Assembly (NCBI GenBank): GCA_003282485.1
Contig: QBZD01000002.1
Location: forward strand, 4,769-68,768
Direction of reading: 5' to 3'
DNA length: 64,000 nucleotides
DNA from: Pelagibacteraceae bacterium AG-333-C14
GTDB lineage: Bacteria > Pseudomonadota > Alphaproteobacteria > Pelagibacterales > AG-422-B15
Below the pieces are notes generated by a model, which was given only the letters and a program-made list of their open reading frames with translations, did no database searches and was not told the DNA's origin. Position 1 is the stretch's first letter. Every line of letters starts with the position of its first letter. The translations under genes and the position numbers were made by a program. Below are positions 62,509-64,000 of this stretch, in pieces.

Positions 62509-64000
62509 GTGCATCAAGAATTTAGAACATCATCAGGCGGTTTTATTGATAGAAGCAAAGAAATAAGCTTTATTTTTAATGGAAAAAAATATTATGGGCA
62601 TAGAGGGGACACTCTAGCGTCAGCTCTACTTGCAAACGGCATTCACCTGATTGGAAGAAGCTTTAAATATCATAGACCAAGAGGTATTTTTGCAGCAGGC
62701 GTTGAAGATGCAAATGGAAAGGTTCAACTATATAAAGACAACATTACAGAGCCTAATGTCAATGTTACTGAGGTTGAATTAGTTGAAGGCCTAAGAATAG
62801 AGAGTCAAAATTGTTGGCCATCAGTTGGCTTTGATATTGGTGGAATCAATAATTTTTTTAGCCGTTTTTTTCCTGCAGGATTTTACTATAAAACATTTAT
62901 GTGGCCAAAAAGTTTTTGGTACTATGTCTACGAGCCCTTCATAAGAAAAGCTGCAGGAATGGGAAAGGCACCTCTAGACCCTGACCCTGATCGATACGAA
63001 CATCAGTACGAGCATTGTGATATTCTTGTTGTTGGTTCAGGACCTTCTGGTATCGCAAGCGCTTTATCAGCTGCAAAAAATGGAGCACGAGTTATTCTTG
63101 CTGAAGATAAATCAAGATTTGGTGGATCTTTACTCACCGACAATGTAACTATTGGCAATAAAAATGGAGATGAGTGGGTTGAAGACTCTATTGCTGAATT
63201 AGAGTCAATGCCAAATGTAACAGTAAGAAAACGTTCTCAAGTTTTTGGTTATTATGATCATAATATGCTCGTCATGTTTGAAAGATGTAAAGATCATCTT
63301 AAAAATCCTGCACCTTATACACCTCGTCAGAGACTTTGGTATATCCGAGCTAAACATGTGATTATATCTACAGGTTCTATTGAACGACCTCTAATTTTTG
63401 CTAACAATGACAGACCTGGTATTATGCTGGCGAATTCTGCTCGAGAATATCTAAAAGTGTACGGAGTTCTACCTGGAAAAAATCCAATTGTTTTTACAAA
63501 TAACGATACAGCCTATGAAACAGCTATAGAATTTAAAGCTAAGGGAATAAATACAACTATTTTAGATACAAGAAAATCATCCAATGCTGGGGTTGTGCAA
63601 GAAGCTAAAAATCTTGGAATAGAAATAAAATTTAACCATGGCATTGCAAATACGTCAGGTTATAAAAAAGTAAATTCTGCAACTATTGGTGAATTAAATA
63701 ACACAAAAGATGGATATAAAAATTTACAAACGTTACCCTGTGACTCTATTTTTGTTTCTGGAAACTGGACGCCTACAGTTCACCTTGCGTCTCAATCAGG
63801 CAATAAACTCAAGTATGAAGTTGAAACAGATACATTCTTGCCCCACCAATCTAGACAGAAAGAGACTGTTATTGGTTCAGCCAATGGCTCGTTTACATTA
63901 AAGGAAAGTTTAGCTGATGGCTTTAAAAAGGGATTTCAAATTTCTGATGAAATTACAAAAAACAGCAAAGAGCTGTCAGTGCCAATATCAGATGAAAAGG
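62509..64000 (+). CDS. soxA: sarcosine oxidase subunit alpha, 3' end cut by the window edge
   Basis: Absent from the ORF track because it has a GTG start and no stop in the window. My translation from 62509 reads VHQEFRTSSGGFIDRSKEISFIFNGKKYYGHRGDTLASALLANGIHLIGRSFKYHRPRGIFAAG... and then 'DILVVGSGPSGIASAL', which is typical of SoxA. The frame stays open to 64000. Confidence 0.8.
   Translation, partial: MHQEFRTSSGGFIDRSKEISFIFNGKKYYGHRGDTLASALLANGIHLIGRSFKYHRPRGIFAAGVEDANGKVQLYKDNITEPNVNVTEVELVEGLRIESQNCWPSVGFDIGGINNFFSRFFPAGFYYKTFMWPKSFWYYVYEPFIRKAAGMGKAPLDPDPDRYEHQYEHCDILVVGSGPSGIASALSAAKNGARVILAEDKSRFGGSLLTDNVTIGNKNGDEWVEDSIAELESMPNVTVRKRSQVFGYYDHNMLVMFERCKDHLKNPAPYTPRQRLWYIRAKHVIISTGSIERPLIFANNDRPGIMLANSAREYLKVYGVLPGKNPIVFTNNDTAYETAIEFKAKGINTTILDTRKSSNAGVVQEAKNLGIEIKFNHGIANTSGYKKVNSATIGELNNTKDGYKNLQTLPCDSIFVSGNWTPTVHLASQSGNKLKYEVETDTFLPHQSRQKETVIGSANGSFTLKESLADGFKKGFQISDEITKNSKELSVPISDEK

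Noticed and set aside
63710-63901. A 63-aa + strand ORF from the track.
   Set aside because: It is out of frame inside soxA, whose frame (from the GTG at 62509) stays open through this region with SoxA-like sequence.

Overview
The window is AT-rich with very high coding density. Many gaps are 0-10 nt, and there are many 4-nt start/stop overlaps. Gene content suggests a streamlined marine alphaproteobacterium, possibly SAR11/Pelagibacterales-like; this is an inference from a class I LysRS, a TIGR02186-like/TauE pair, soxBDA and heavy use of substrate-binding-protein importers. Most of the window is housekeeping or small-molecule catabolism: argF, trkH, folE, lysK, pyrD, a beta-oxidation gene set, a small sugar operon, a glutathione S-transferase cluster, a PotABCD-like importer with aldehyde dehydrogenase, glutamine-synthetase-like and dipeptidase genes, and soxBDA at the right edge. 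The ORF track misses soxA, which starts on GTG and runs off the window.

The outstanding region is 44.4-58.6 kb. It holds a TolC-like lipoprotein with a long C-terminal extension, transcribed divergently from four tightly packed genes. The first encodes a 2367-aa repeat protein with a LEPRxLxDGA N-terminus, a DUF4347-like domain, 12 VCBS/cadherin-like modules and no RTX repeats. The other three encode membrane-fusion (HlyD-like) proteins, one of them fused to an M50 intramembrane metalloprotease with a PqqD-like N-domain. No ABC, RND or MFS energiser is present in the cluster, so I flag it as a candidate undescribed envelope export/processing system.

Other items worth a second look are a tRNA-Thr(GGU)-like cloverleaf with a non-canonical T-loop 38 nt upstream of ptrB, a translationally coupled dipeptidase / unknown 552-aa / DUF3726-like trio, and an orphan protein with a duplicated winged-helix module. 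I saw no CRISPR array, integrase, transposase or rRNA.
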